Source: an uncultured Opitutales bacterium
GTDB taxonomy: Bacteria; Verrucomicrobiota; Verrucomicrobiia; Opitutales; Intestinicryptomonadaceae
Reading direction: 5' to 3'
Assembly: GCA_934613415.1 (NCBI GenBank)
Contig: CAKTSY010000006.1
Span: 90,001 to 122,000 of the forward strand
DNA length: 32,000 nucleotides
Each line of letters starts with the position of its first letter. Within the stretch, counting starts at the first letter, position 1. The translations under genes were made by a program, and so were the position numbers. Of the stretch, positions 17,064 through 25,490 are shown in pieces. The notes under the pieces are model-generated. The model saw only the letters and a program-made list of their open reading frames with translations, made no database searches and was not told the DNA's origin.

Positions 17064-17573
17064 ATGAAAAAACTTTTACTTATAGCTTTGGCTTTTGCGT
17101 CGTTAATCTCGTTTACGGCGTGCCACTACCAGCTGGCGGGAACCCCCGCAAAGCTTCCGTTTAAAAGCATATATGTAAAGCCCGTAAGGAACAATTCGTT
17201 TGCCCCGCAAGCGGGAGATTTGCTGACGGCGCAGCTTTGCAACTATTTGTCGAGAACAGGGCAGCTAAGCCTTGCCGGCGAAAGCGATGCCAACGCAATT
17301 TTAGAAGTTGTAATAACCGACTACGAAAAAACACCTTGGGCTTCCAGCGAAAAAGATACGGGGCTTTCGCAGTCGTTTAGGTTGGCAATGACGGTTTCGT
17401 GCACCCTAAAAAACAGGGTTAGCAACGAAGTTTACTTTAAAGACCGCATTGTAAAAAAATACATAACAACTTATGCCGCCTCGGGGCAGGCCGAATCGGA
17501 ATATCAAAATATGCCGCAACTTACGCGCGAAATAGCAAAAGACGCGGCAAACGAGGTAACGGCAATATGGTAA
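17064..17573 (+). CDS. lptE: LPS-assembly lipoprotein LptE
   Basis: A 169-aa ORF with a signal peptide ending in a lipobox-like FTAC, followed by HYQLAG (compare the LptE N-terminal C-G-[FW]-x-L-R-G). The size and beta-rich composition fit. Confidence 0.7.
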   Translation: MKKLLLIALAFASLISFTACHYQLAGTPAKLPFKSIYVKPVRNNSFAPQAGDLLTAQLCNYLSRTGQLSLAGESDANAILEVVITDYEKTPWASSEKDTGLSQSFRLAMTVSCTLKNRVSNEVYFKDRIVKKYITTYAASGQAESEYQNMPQLTREIAKDAANEVTAIW

Positions 17574-18226
17574 ATAAATTCGAGCTTTCACCCTCTATTT
17601 TGGCGGGCAACTACGCAAATTTGGGGGCTTCGGCAAAAGAAGTTGAAAACGCCTCTTTAAGCTGGATACACATAGACATTATGGACGGGCACTTTGTGCC
17701 CAACCTAAGCTTTGGCCCACAACTTATTGTAGACCTAAAAAAGGTTTGCCCTAATTTGTTCTACGACACCCACTTAATGTTAGACAACCCGCATTTGTAT
17801 ATAGACGCCTTTGCGAAGGCGGGCGCAAGCTTAATTTGCGTGCATGTAGAGCCCGACTACCCCATTCAGGCGACGCTGCAGGATATTCACGAAAAGGGCT
17901 GCCAAGTGGGAATAAGCCTAAACCCTAAAACCGACATTTCGCAAGTATATAGCTTTCTGCCGTTTGTAGACTTGGTTTTGGTTATGAGCGTACAACCCGG
18001 TTTTGGCGGACAAAAGTTTCAGGACATTGCGTATTCTAAAGTGCAAACGCTAAAGAAGTGGCGCGACGAGCTAAAACTTAATTTCCGCATAGAAGTAGAC
18101 GGCGGCGTTAATGCCGACAACGTTCAAGAGCTTATAAAGTGCGGTGCCGACACCATAGTTGCGGGAACGGCATTCTTTAAAAACAAAGACCTGCTTTTGG
18201 AAAAAATTAAAGAGGCTTTTGCATAA
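17567..18226 (+). CDS. rpe: ribulose-phosphate 3-epimerase
   Basis: A 219-aa ORF with SPSILA, HIDIMDGHFVPNLSFG, MSVQPGFGGQKF and EVDGGVN. The start lies 7 nt inside lptE and is preceded by GAGGT (17553-17557). Confidence 0.95.
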   Translation: MVNKFELSPSILAGNYANLGASAKEVENASLSWIHIDIMDGHFVPNLSFGPQLIVDLKKVCPNLFYDTHLMLDNPHLYIDAFAKAGASLICVHVEPDYPIQATLQDIHEKGCQVGISLNPKTDISQVYSFLPFVDLVLVMSVQPGFGGQKFQDIAYSKVQTLKKWRDELKLNFRIEVDGGVNADNVQELIKCGADTIVAGTAFFKNKDLLLEKIKEAFA

Positions 18227-18235
18227 AAATTTTCC

Positions 18236-18264
18236 ATGCGCCTTGTTTTTGGGGCGCATTTTTT
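18236..18264. terminator. hairpin terminator between convergent rpe and HAD-like gene
   Basis: 7-bp stem ATGCGCC (18236-18242) / GGCGCAT (18253-18259), a 10-nt loop, then TTTTT (18260-18264). A/T-rich sequence lies upstream, so it could act on both convergent transcripts. Confidence 0.65.
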
Positions 18265-19111
18265 ATGCAACCAATTTTGCCACATCAATCAAGTCGTGTA
18301 CAACAATGTCGGGGATTACTCCGTTTTCGGGGAAATGAGCGTTTTCGTTGTTGGTAAAAAACGCCGTCTTAAAGCCTGCTTTTGCCGCGGGAATTATGTC
18401 TTTTTGCATATCGCTGCCCACATACAATACTGTTTCGGGCGAAAAAGAATATGTTTTTTCGAAATATTGGGCAGCGCTTTCGAACAAAATGTTAGACGGC
18501 TTTGCCCTGCGATACGAAAACGACCACACACAGTTTTCTTCGTCAAAGCCCAACTGTGCCATACTTTTGCCCGTTATTACGGGGAATATGTAGGGGGCAA
18601 AAAATTGTGCGTTCGAAAGGGTTATCATCTTTACTCCGCAGTTCTTTAATGCGTTTAACGTCCGTATTGCATTGGGCATAAGCCAAACCGAACGCGACAA
18701 AATCTCGAAATTTACGGCAAGTTTTTTTATTGTAGCTTTGTCTATTTTGCCCTCCACCAAATTTTCCGACGACAAATTCTCAAGCAAATCTTCGTAGATT
18801 AAAAGCAGGTCTACCTCTGGGTTTTTAACGCCCTCTTTTGCCCTTATGTCCTTGTGCGCCTTTTGCATATCCGTAAAAGCCCTGCCAAAATCGAAAGAGC
18901 CGCAATCTTTTGGAGTAATTCCCGCAAAGCGCAACGCCTTTCTAAAATTTGCGTCGCAATAATCGCCAAAAGGCTCGGCCCAAACAAGTGTTTGGTAAAA
19001 ATTCCACACAATGGCCTTTATCCCCGATATTTTTTGCGAAAAGCTGCGGCTAAAATTGCGCGCGGCTTTTTGGGTTTTACTTAAAATCTTTGTTGCGTCG
19101 GAGTGTTTCAT
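18263..19111 (-). CDS. HAD-superfamily (subfamily IA-like) protein with substituted motif I aspartates
   Basis: A 282-aa ORF. Motif II is MITLSNA, motif III is RRAKPS and motif IV is YVGSDMQKD. At the motif I position the sequence reads AIVWNFYQTLV instead of hhhhDxDGTL. Confidence 0.75.
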   Translation of the reverse strand: MKHSDATKILSKTQKAARNFSRSFSQKISGIKAIVWNFYQTLVWAEPFGDYCDANFRKALRFAGITPKDCGSFDFGRAFTDMQKAHKDIRAKEGVKNPEVDLLLIYEDLLENLSSENLVEGKIDKATIKKLAVNFEILSRSVWLMPNAIRTLNALKNCGVKMITLSNAQFFAPYIFPVITGKSMAQLGFDEENCVWSFSYRRAKPSNILFESAAQYFEKTYSFSPETVLYVGSDMQKDIIPAAKAGFKTAFFTNNENAHFPENGVIPDIVVHDLIDVAKLVA

Positions 19112-19184
19112 AGTGCAATATTGTATCTGGCAAATAAAAATATTCGCCCCTACTTTTTTAACGGCACACTACAATAAAACTTTA

Positions 19185-19922
19185 ATGGACTCGGCTTTCG
19201 ACAAAACGCAAAAAATACCCGAACATATTGCCATAATTATGGACGGCAACGGACGTTGGGCAAAAGAGCGCGGGCTGCCGCGCACAAGCGGGCACAAAGC
19301 CGGGGCAAAAGCCCTAAAAGAGGTAGTTAAAGCCGCCAAAAAAAACGGCGTAAAATATCTTACGCTATATGCGTTTTCGTCGGAAAACTGGAACAGGCCA
19401 AAGGAAGAGGTTAAAGCCCTTATGGCCTTGCTTTGCGCTTCGCTAAAAAGCTACAAAAAGAATTTTGTAAAAGAAAAAATACGCTTCGAAACCATAGGCG
19501 ATATTTCGGCGCTAGACGAAAAATGCCAAAAGCTGATAGCCCAAACAAAAGAGCTTACCAAAGACTTTTCGGAGCATACCCTTGTTTTGGCGTTAAACTA
19601 CGGCAGCCGCAACGAGCTTGAATTTGCCGTAAAAAACATTGTTAAAGATGCCCTTGCAGGCAAAGTTGCCCCCGACGAAATTAGCTACCAAAAAATTTCG
19701 CAATATTTTTACACAAAAGACATTCCCGACCCCGACTTTATCATAAGAACTTCGGGCGAAAGCAGGCTTAGCAACTACCTGCTTATGCAGGCCGCCTACG
19801 CCGAGCTTTATTTTACAGACACCTATTGGCCCGATTTCGGCGAAGAGGAGTTCGACAAAGCCCTGGTTGAATTTGCAAAGCGCAATCGCCGCTACGGGAA
19901 AACCCAAGAACAGATAAAATGA
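19185..19922 (+). CDS. uppS: undecaprenyl-diphosphate synthase (cis-prenyltransferase)
   Basis: From the ATG at 19185 the protein reads MDSAFDKTQKIPEHIAIIMDGNGRWAKERGLPR, with RTSGESRLSN and WPDF further on. The ORF-track start at 19011 would add 58 non-homologous residues and overlap the divergent HAD gene. Confidence 0.93.
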   Translation: MDSAFDKTQKIPEHIAIIMDGNGRWAKERGLPRTSGHKAGAKALKEVVKAAKKNGVKYLTLYAFSSENWNRPKEEVKALMALLCASLKSYKKNFVKEKIRFETIGDISALDEKCQKLIAQTKELTKDFSEHTLVLALNYGSRNELEFAVKNIVKDALAGKVAPDEISYQKISQYFYTKDIPDPDFIIRTSGESRLSNYLLMQAAYAELYFTDTYWPDFGEEEFDKALVEFAKRNRRYGKTQEQIK

Positions 19923-20749
19923 GAAAACGCACAATAAGCTCTTTAATTTTAATTGCCGCAGTATATTTTGCCGTAGCTTTTGCGGGCAAAAGGGCAACAG
20001 CCGTAATATTTTGGCTGTTGGCATCGGGCGGAATTTTGGAATGCTGCAACATTTTAAAAAAGCTGAAGGTATCTACAAACTTTGTGGCAACCGAGCTTGC
20101 AAACTTGTTCCTTATGGCGTGCGCCGCGTTTGCCCCCTGCCTTTTCGGTGTAGAGGGTGCAATTATTCCATTTTGCGCGTTTACAATACTTTCGTTTGCA
20201 GGGGCTGCCGCAATAATGCTAAACCCCTTTAGCAGAGACTCGCAATCGAAGGGGCTTTCCTATATTCTGATGCTTTCGCTAATTACAATGCCCCTTTTGT
20301 GTCTTGTGCTTTTGGGAGCTATGTTCGAAAAAGGTTTTGCCTTTGCCATATGGATTGTTGTGGTAACAAAGTTTACCGACATTGGCGGATATATTTTCGG
20401 GGTATGCTTTGGCACCCACAAAATTTTGCCTAAAGTAAGCCCCGGCAAAAGCTACGAAGGGCTTATTGGCGGAATGTTGTCGTCGGCGGTTATGGGCGCG
20501 TTTTTTGCGGTGTTTTTCGCAAAATATATGCCGCCAAGCTTTGGCGCAATAGACGGCGCAATTTTCGGAGCTTTATTGGGCTTTTTAGGGCTTGTTTCCG
20601 ACTTGGCGGAATCGTGCCTAAAAAGGAATGCAAACGTAAAGGATTCGGGCAACATAATTCCCGGCATAGGCGGGGCATTCGATTTGCTCGACTCGCTTAT
20701 AGCAAGCAGCCCAGTGGGCTTTCTTATAGCAATATATTTCTACTTCTAA
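19919..20749 (+). CDS. cdsA: phosphatidate cytidylyltransferase (CDP-diglyceride synthase), variant signature
   Basis: A 276-aa polytopic ORF with KFTDIGGYIFGVCFGTHKILPKVSPGKSYEG and a C-terminal signature region SCLKRNANVKDSGNIIPGIGGAFDLLDS. It has an ATGA overlap with uppS. Confidence 0.88.
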   Translation: MRKRTISSLILIAAVYFAVAFAGKRATAVIFWLLASGGILECCNILKKLKVSTNFVATELANLFLMACAAFAPCLFGVEGAIIPFCAFTILSFAGAAAIMLNPFSRDSQSKGLSYILMLSLITMPLLCLVLLGAMFEKGFAFAIWIVVVTKFTDIGGYIFGVCFGTHKILPKVSPGKSYEGLIGGMLSSAVMGAFFAVFFAKYMPPSFGAIDGAIFGALLGFLGLVSDLAESCLKRNANVKDSGNIIPGIGGAFDLLDSLIASSPVGFLIAIYFYF

Positions 20750-20752
20750 AAA

Positions 20753-21922
20753 ATGGCTGACATTATAAAATTGGCGGTATTGGGGGCAACTGGCTCTATA
20801 GGCTCTAGCACGCTGGCGGTTGCAAAGGCAAACCCCGACAGAATTAAAATTGTTTCGATTGCAGGCAAAAGCAGCATCGAAAAATTGGCAAAAATTGCCG
20901 AAGAATTCAACGTAAAACACGTTGCAATTTACGACGAAAACGCCTTTAAAAAAGCTTTGGATACGAAACTTTTTGCCGACGACGTAAAACTTTATTGCGG
21001 CGAAGAAGGCCTTACAAAAGTTGCATGCCTAGGCGATGTAAATATGGTAACGGCGGCGGTTGTAGGAACTAAGTGCCTAAGACCTACGCTTGCGGCAATA
21101 GAGGCAGGCAAAGATATTGCCCTTGCAAACAAAGAGCTTTTGGTTATGGCGGGCAAATTTGTAACAGAGGCGGTGCGCCGCAAAAAAGTGCGTCTTTTGC
21201 CGCTCGACAGCGAGCACAATGCAATTTTCCAGTGTTTGCACGGCGAAAGGAAGTGCGATGTAGCCTCGGTTATAATTACGGCCTCGGGCGGAATGTTTAG
21301 AGACTACACCCCCCGGCAGATGGAAACTATTACAGTGCAGCAAGCCCTAAAGCACCCCAACTGGAATATGGGCCCGAAAGTTACGATAGACTCTTCTACC
21401 CTTGCAAACAAAGGGCTGGAGGTAATAGAGGCAAAGTGGCTTTTCGACGTAGACATAGACCGCATAGAAGTTGTAGTTCACAAACAGAGCATTGTTCATT
21501 CTATGGTACGTTTTTGCGACGGCTCTATAAAGGCGCATTTTTCGCCGCCTTCTATGACATTTGCAATTTCGCATAGCATTTTGTACCCCGAAAGGGGCAA
21601 CCCCGTTATGCAGGGACTAGACTTTACAAAAGGTCTGCATCTTGATTTTGAATTGCCCGACACAACAAGGTTTCCCGCACTAAAATATGCGTTCGACGCC
21701 CTAAAAATTGGCGGAACTGCAACCTGCGCATTTAACGCTTCAAACGAAGTGGCTGTTGCCGAATTTATAAAGGGCAAGATTCGTTGGCTGGACATTCCGA
21801 AAGTAATAAAATATGTTTTGGACAATGCCAAACACTCTGAACCCGAAACATTAGACGATATTTTTGCCGCCGATACCGCAGCAAGGCAATTGGCGCAAAA
21901 GTTTGTAGACAGCCTTCAATAA
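20753..21922 (+). CDS. dxr: 1-deoxy-D-xylulose 5-phosphate reductoisomerase
   Basis: A 389-aa ORF with LGATGSIGSST, ALANKE, LPLDSEHNAIFQ and HPNWNMGPKVTIDSSTLANKGLEVIEA. Confidence 0.96.
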   Translation: MADIIKLAVLGATGSIGSSTLAVAKANPDRIKIVSIAGKSSIEKLAKIAEEFNVKHVAIYDENAFKKALDTKLFADDVKLYCGEEGLTKVACLGDVNMVTAAVVGTKCLRPTLAAIEAGKDIALANKELLVMAGKFVTEAVRRKKVRLLPLDSEHNAIFQCLHGERKCDVASVIITASGGMFRDYTPRQMETITVQQALKHPNWNMGPKVTIDSSTLANKGLEVIEAKWLFDVDIDRIEVVVHKQSIVHSMVRFCDGSIKAHFSPPSMTFAISHSILYPERGNPVMQGLDFTKGLHLDFELPDTTRFPALKYAFDALKIGGTATCAFNASNEVAVAEFIKGKIRWLDIPKVIKYVLDNAKHSEPETLDDIFAADTAARQLAQKFVDSLQ

Positions 21923-21925
21923 AAT

Positions 21926-23695
21926 ATGCCTTCTTTGCTTTCAGGTTTTGCCGACATTGCGGCGGTTGTGCTTGTGGTGCTGTTTTTCGGAGGCTCTATT
22001 TGCATTCACGAATTGGGGCACTTTTTGGCGGCAAGGTGGCGAAAGCTTAAGGTGCTTAGGTTTTCGATTGGCTTTGGTCCAAAGCTTTTTGCATGGAAAG
22101 GCAAGGACGGATGCGAATATAGAATTTCGCTTTTGCCGCTTGGCGGCTACGTTGCAATACCCCAGCTTGCCGATATGGGAGAGCTTGAAGGCGGCCAATT
22201 TGGCGAAAACGACGTAAAAAATCTAAAAAAGGCCACTTTTACCGACAAGGTTGTTGTGTCGGTTGCGGGGGCTTTTTTTAATGTGCTGCTTGCGATATTT
22301 TTCGCTATTTTGGTATATTTTATGGGAGTGCCATCGGTGGGCTTGCCCAACACAACCGTTGTTGGATACGTCTATAAAAGCGAAAACTCAGACACAAACA
22401 AAAAGCTTTTTGCCGGCGACAAAATTTTGCAGATAGACGGCGAAAATATGTCGAATTTTGCGGACATAAGGCAGGCAATAGCCCTGGGGTCTGGACGCGA
22501 CGAGAAAGGCAACCCGCAAGCCCTTTTAAAGGTTGAAAGAAACGGGCAAATTTTAACGCTTAAGCTTAACCCCGCGCTTGTAAAAACAAATTCAAAAACG
22601 GGCGACTTTTTAAGAATGTTGGGCATTGCGCCGGCCGCAAAAATAGATGTTGCCTCGGTTATGGAAAATTCGCCCGCGCAAAAAGCGGGAATTTTACCTA
22701 ACGACGAAATTGTTTCGATAAACGGGCAAAATGTATATTCGGTTGCCGATTTTTCGGACAAGCTTAACACGCTAAAAAAAGGAGAAAAGGCAAAGGTTGG
22801 CATAATGCGCAACAATTCCGAAATTTTTGCCGATTTAGTTCCCGAAAAAATAAGGCGCACAAAACCCCTTTGCGAAGTATTCGAAAACGGCAAAAAAGTT
22901 GCACAATTGCTATGCGTAAACAAGAACATAGCGCAATCTAAGGGTCTTGTTTCGGAAAGCGGCATTTTAAAAGTTTTTGAAGACTCAGACTCTTTGAAAG
23001 ACTTTGGAGTTAAAGCGGGAGCTGCCATCTACCAAATAGGTGAAAACAAAGTTTTTAGCGTAAAAGACGCAAGCAATGCCCTAAACAACGCAAAAGGTCC
23101 CCTTCTTATAAAGTATATCGACGGCGACACTATGGGCGAATTTTTGCTAAAAAAGCCGTCGGCAAAAATAAAAGATCCTATAGAAAACGCTATGGTGGGA
23201 TTTACCGTAAAGCAGAATATTTCAATAGAGCACCCTTCGGTTTTAAAGCAAATTAAAGACGGTTTTTACACAACCTATGCTGCCATTGCCACAATGTTCA
23301 ACTCGAAAAGCGATGTGGGATTTTCGCATATGTCGGGGCCAATAGGCATAGGGCGTGCGATATACAAAATGTCTATTGTAGATATTTCGCTGGCGTTTTC
23401 GTTTGTGGTTTTGCTAAATCTGAATTTGGCGGTTTTAAATTTGCTACCGCTGCCCGTGCTAGACGGCGGGCACATTCTTTTAGCCTGCATAGAAAAACTT
23501 ACAAAAAGGCCCGTTTCGCGCTCGGCATTCGTAAAATTTACACAGCTTCTTTTCGTGTTTTTATTCCTTTCTTTAATGGTCTACATTATATTTTTAGACA
23601 CCGAAAGATGGATTGGCGAAAACTCGCAAGAGACAATGGAGTCGCTTGAGAACAACTACTATTTAACAAACCCAAGTTTCGATAAAAATGAATAA
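21926..23695 (+). CDS. rseP: RIP site-2 metalloprotease RseP, long form
   Basis: A 589-aa ORF with HELGH in TM1 and the C-terminal LNLLPLPVLDGGH motif. It has a clear PDZ (ENSPAQKAGILPNDEIVSINGQNV) plus flanking PDZ-like segments. Confidence 0.92.
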   Translation: MPSLLSGFADIAAVVLVVLFFGGSICIHELGHFLAARWRKLKVLRFSIGFGPKLFAWKGKDGCEYRISLLPLGGYVAIPQLADMGELEGGQFGENDVKNLKKATFTDKVVVSVAGAFFNVLLAIFFAILVYFMGVPSVGLPNTTVVGYVYKSENSDTNKKLFAGDKILQIDGENMSNFADIRQAIALGSGRDEKGNPQALLKVERNGQILTLKLNPALVKTNSKTGDFLRMLGIAPAAKIDVASVMENSPAQKAGILPNDEIVSINGQNVYSVADFSDKLNTLKKGEKAKVGIMRNNSEIFADLVPEKIRRTKPLCEVFENGKKVAQLLCVNKNIAQSKGLVSESGILKVFEDSDSLKDFGVKAGAAIYQIGENKVFSVKDASNALNNAKGPLLIKYIDGDTMGEFLLKKPSAKIKDPIENAMVGFTVKQNISIEHPSVLKQIKDGFYTTYAAIATMFNSKSDVGFSHMSGPIGIGRAIYKMSIVDISLAFSFVVLLNLNLAVLNLLPLPVLDGGHILLACIEKLTKRPVSRSAFVKFTQLLFVFLFLSLMVYIIFLDTERWIGENSQETMESLENNYYLTNPSFDKNE

Positions 23696-25490
23696 TCAGT
23701 ATACACAATCTAGGTTCAACTGCGTTAGAATGAAAACCCGCGAAGTAAAAGTGGGCAATATTGGAATCGGCAAAGACAATCCCATAAGGATTCAGTCGAT
23801 GACAAACACAAAAACTCTTGATGTGGAAGCCTCGGTTAAACAGTGCATACAGCTTGCCGAGGCGGGTTGCGACATTATAAGGCTTACAGCCCAAAATGTT
23901 GAGGCCGCCCGCGCGTTAAAAGACATAAATAAAAAATTTAAAGCGGCAGGATTTACAAACCCCCTTGTTGCCGACATTCACTTTTTACCGCAGGCAGCAA
24001 TGGAGGCAGTAGAGCACGTCGAAAAGGTAAGGATTAACCCAGGCAACTTTGCCGACCGCAAAAACGGCAAGCTAGACTATACCGACAAGGAATATAACGA
24101 AGAGCTAGAACGCGTAAGAGAAAGATTTTTGCCATTCCTAAAAAGATGCAAGGAACTTGGCAGGGCAATAAGGCTTGGGACAAACCACGGTTCGCTTTCC
24201 GACAGAATTATAAACCGCTATGCCGATACCCCCTTGGGTATGGTGGAAGCCGCATTGGAATTTGTGCGCATTTGCGAGGCGGAAAACTTTAAAGATGTTG
24301 TTTTGTCTTTTAAGGCAAGCAACACAAGGGTTATGACGCAGGCCTACCGCCTTGCCGCAAAAAAGATGGCCGAAGAAGGTTTGGATTGCCCTTTGCACTT
24401 GGGCGTAACCGAAGCAGGTTTCGGCAAAGACGCGCGCATTAAAAGCGCCATGGGCATAGGCGGCCTTTTGCTAGACGGTATTGGCGACACAATTAGAGTA
24501 TCGCTTACCGAAGACCCAGTAAAGGAAGTTCCCGTTGCAATAGAGCTTGCAAAGTTTGTGGAAAAATTCCGCGCGCAAAAACCAGTAGAGCAAATAGACG
24601 AAGGCATAGATTTTTATTCATATTCCAAAAGGGAAAGTTTTGCCATCGACTTGGGTGACAAACTTGAAATTGGCGGCAATTCGCAGCAGACAGTTTGCGT
24701 AAACGGAAAGTCCGACAAGGCCGAAATTTGTTTCGACAACTCGGGCAAATGCAAAAACTTTGAAATTGCAGAATACAAAAAAGGCGAATCGCAAAAGCTT
24801 AAAGACGATTTAAATTCGGGCAAAAAACTTGCTCTTAAAATATCGAACGAAGATTTGCAAAACGAGTTTATAGATGTTCTTAAAACTGCACCTAAAAACT
24901 TTGCCGTTATTTCGCCAAAGCCCGTTTGCGGCAGGCACTTTGTGGGCGAAACAAGAAGAACAGCCGCCATTTTAAAGAAAGAAGGCATAAACGCCCCCAT
25001 ATTTATAATGGCAAATTCCGACGTGTTAACCTCGAAAACGCCCGAAGAAAAACTAAACGAAGCTTCGATATATTTGGGAGCATTGCTTTGCGACGGCATA
25101 GGCGATTTGGAATTGGTTGAAGTTTCTTCTAAAGCAGACGAAAATGCGGAAGATACCCTTGCAATTTTGCAGGCGGCAAGAGCAAGGCGCAGCAAGGCAG
25201 AATATATTGCGTGCCCCAGCTGCGGCAGAACCTTGTATAACATTCAGGAAACAGCAAAAAAAATAGAAGCGAGAACCAAGCATTTAAAAGACGTTACCAT
25301 TGGCATTATGGGCTGCATTGTAAACGGCCCAGGCGAAATGGCCGACGCCGACTTCGGCTATGTTGGCGGCGCTCCGGGGAAAATAAACCTATACAAGGGC
25401 AAGCAGTGCGTAAAAATGAACATTCCGCAGGAAAACGCCATAGACGAACTTTTAAAGCTTATCGAACAATATAAGCCATCGGGCAAGTAA
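23688..25490 (+). CDS. ispG: 4-hydroxy-3-methylbut-2-enyl diphosphate synthase, long (insert-containing) form
   Basis: A 600-aa ORF with PIRIQSMTNT, RINPGNF, LGVTEAG and the C-terminal 4Fe-4S ligand contexts CPSCGRT and GCIVNGPGE. An insertion of about 230 aa separates the TIM-barrel and cluster domains. It overlaps rseP by 8 nt. Confidence 0.93.
   Translation: MNNQYTQSRFNCVRMKTREVKVGNIGIGKDNPIRIQSMTNTKTLDVEASVKQCIQLAEAGCDIIRLTAQNVEAARALKDINKKFKAAGFTNPLVADIHFLPQAAMEAVEHVEKVRINPGNFADRKNGKLDYTDKEYNEELERVRERFLPFLKRCKELGRAIRLGTNHGSLSDRIINRYADTPLGMVEAALEFVRICEAENFKDVVLSFKASNTRVMTQAYRLAAKKMAEEGLDCPLHLGVTEAGFGKDARIKSAMGIGGLLLDGIGDTIRVSLTEDPVKEVPVAIELAKFVEKFRAQKPVEQIDEGIDFYSYSKRESFAIDLGDKLEIGGNSQQTVCVNGKSDKAEICFDNSGKCKNFEIAEYKKGESQKLKDDLNSGKKLALKISNEDLQNEFIDVLKTAPKNFAVISPKPVCGRHFVGETRRTAAILKKEGINAPIFIMANSDVLTSKTPEEKLNEASIYLGALLCDGIGDLELVEVSSKADENAEDTLAILQAARARRSKAEYIACPSCGRTLYNIQETAKKIEARTKHLKDVTIGIMGCIVNGPGEMADADFGYVGGAPGKINLYKGKQCVKMNIPQENAIDELLKLIEQYKPSGK

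Noticed and set aside
19011-19184. The 5' extension of the uppS ORF (track start 19011). Analogous extensions occur at 27469-27600 (TIM-barrel gene), 28945-29004 (DUF502 gene) and 2545-2565 (SGNH gene).
   Set aside because: The extensions overlap neighbouring genes or promoter regions and add residues with no homology-like pattern. In each case an internal ATG begins exactly where the conserved N-terminus or signal peptide starts.
22372-23028. A 218-aa ORF antisense to rseP. Similar long antisense ORFs lie at 24614-25243 (209 aa, in ispG), 1198-1890 (230 aa, opposite the ligase/ACP), 2861-3433 (190 aa, in tex) and 11654-12184 (176 aa, in atpD).
   Set aside because: In every case the sense frame encodes a protein with unmistakable family motifs along its full length. 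The antisense translations are Ser/Phe/Leu/Cys/Arg-rich low-complexity strings typical of the reverse complement of Lys/Glu/Ala-rich genes. They have no start context, motifs or domain-like structure, so I treat them as compositional artefacts rather than overlapping genes.
24550-25150. The large insertion in IspG considered as a possible novel domain or gene fusion.
   Set aside because: Long-form IspG (about 600 aa or more), with an extra domain between the TIM barrel and the 4Fe-4S domain, is a well-known architecture in several bacterial phyla and plastids. The reading frame is continuous and the flanking catalytic motifs are intact.
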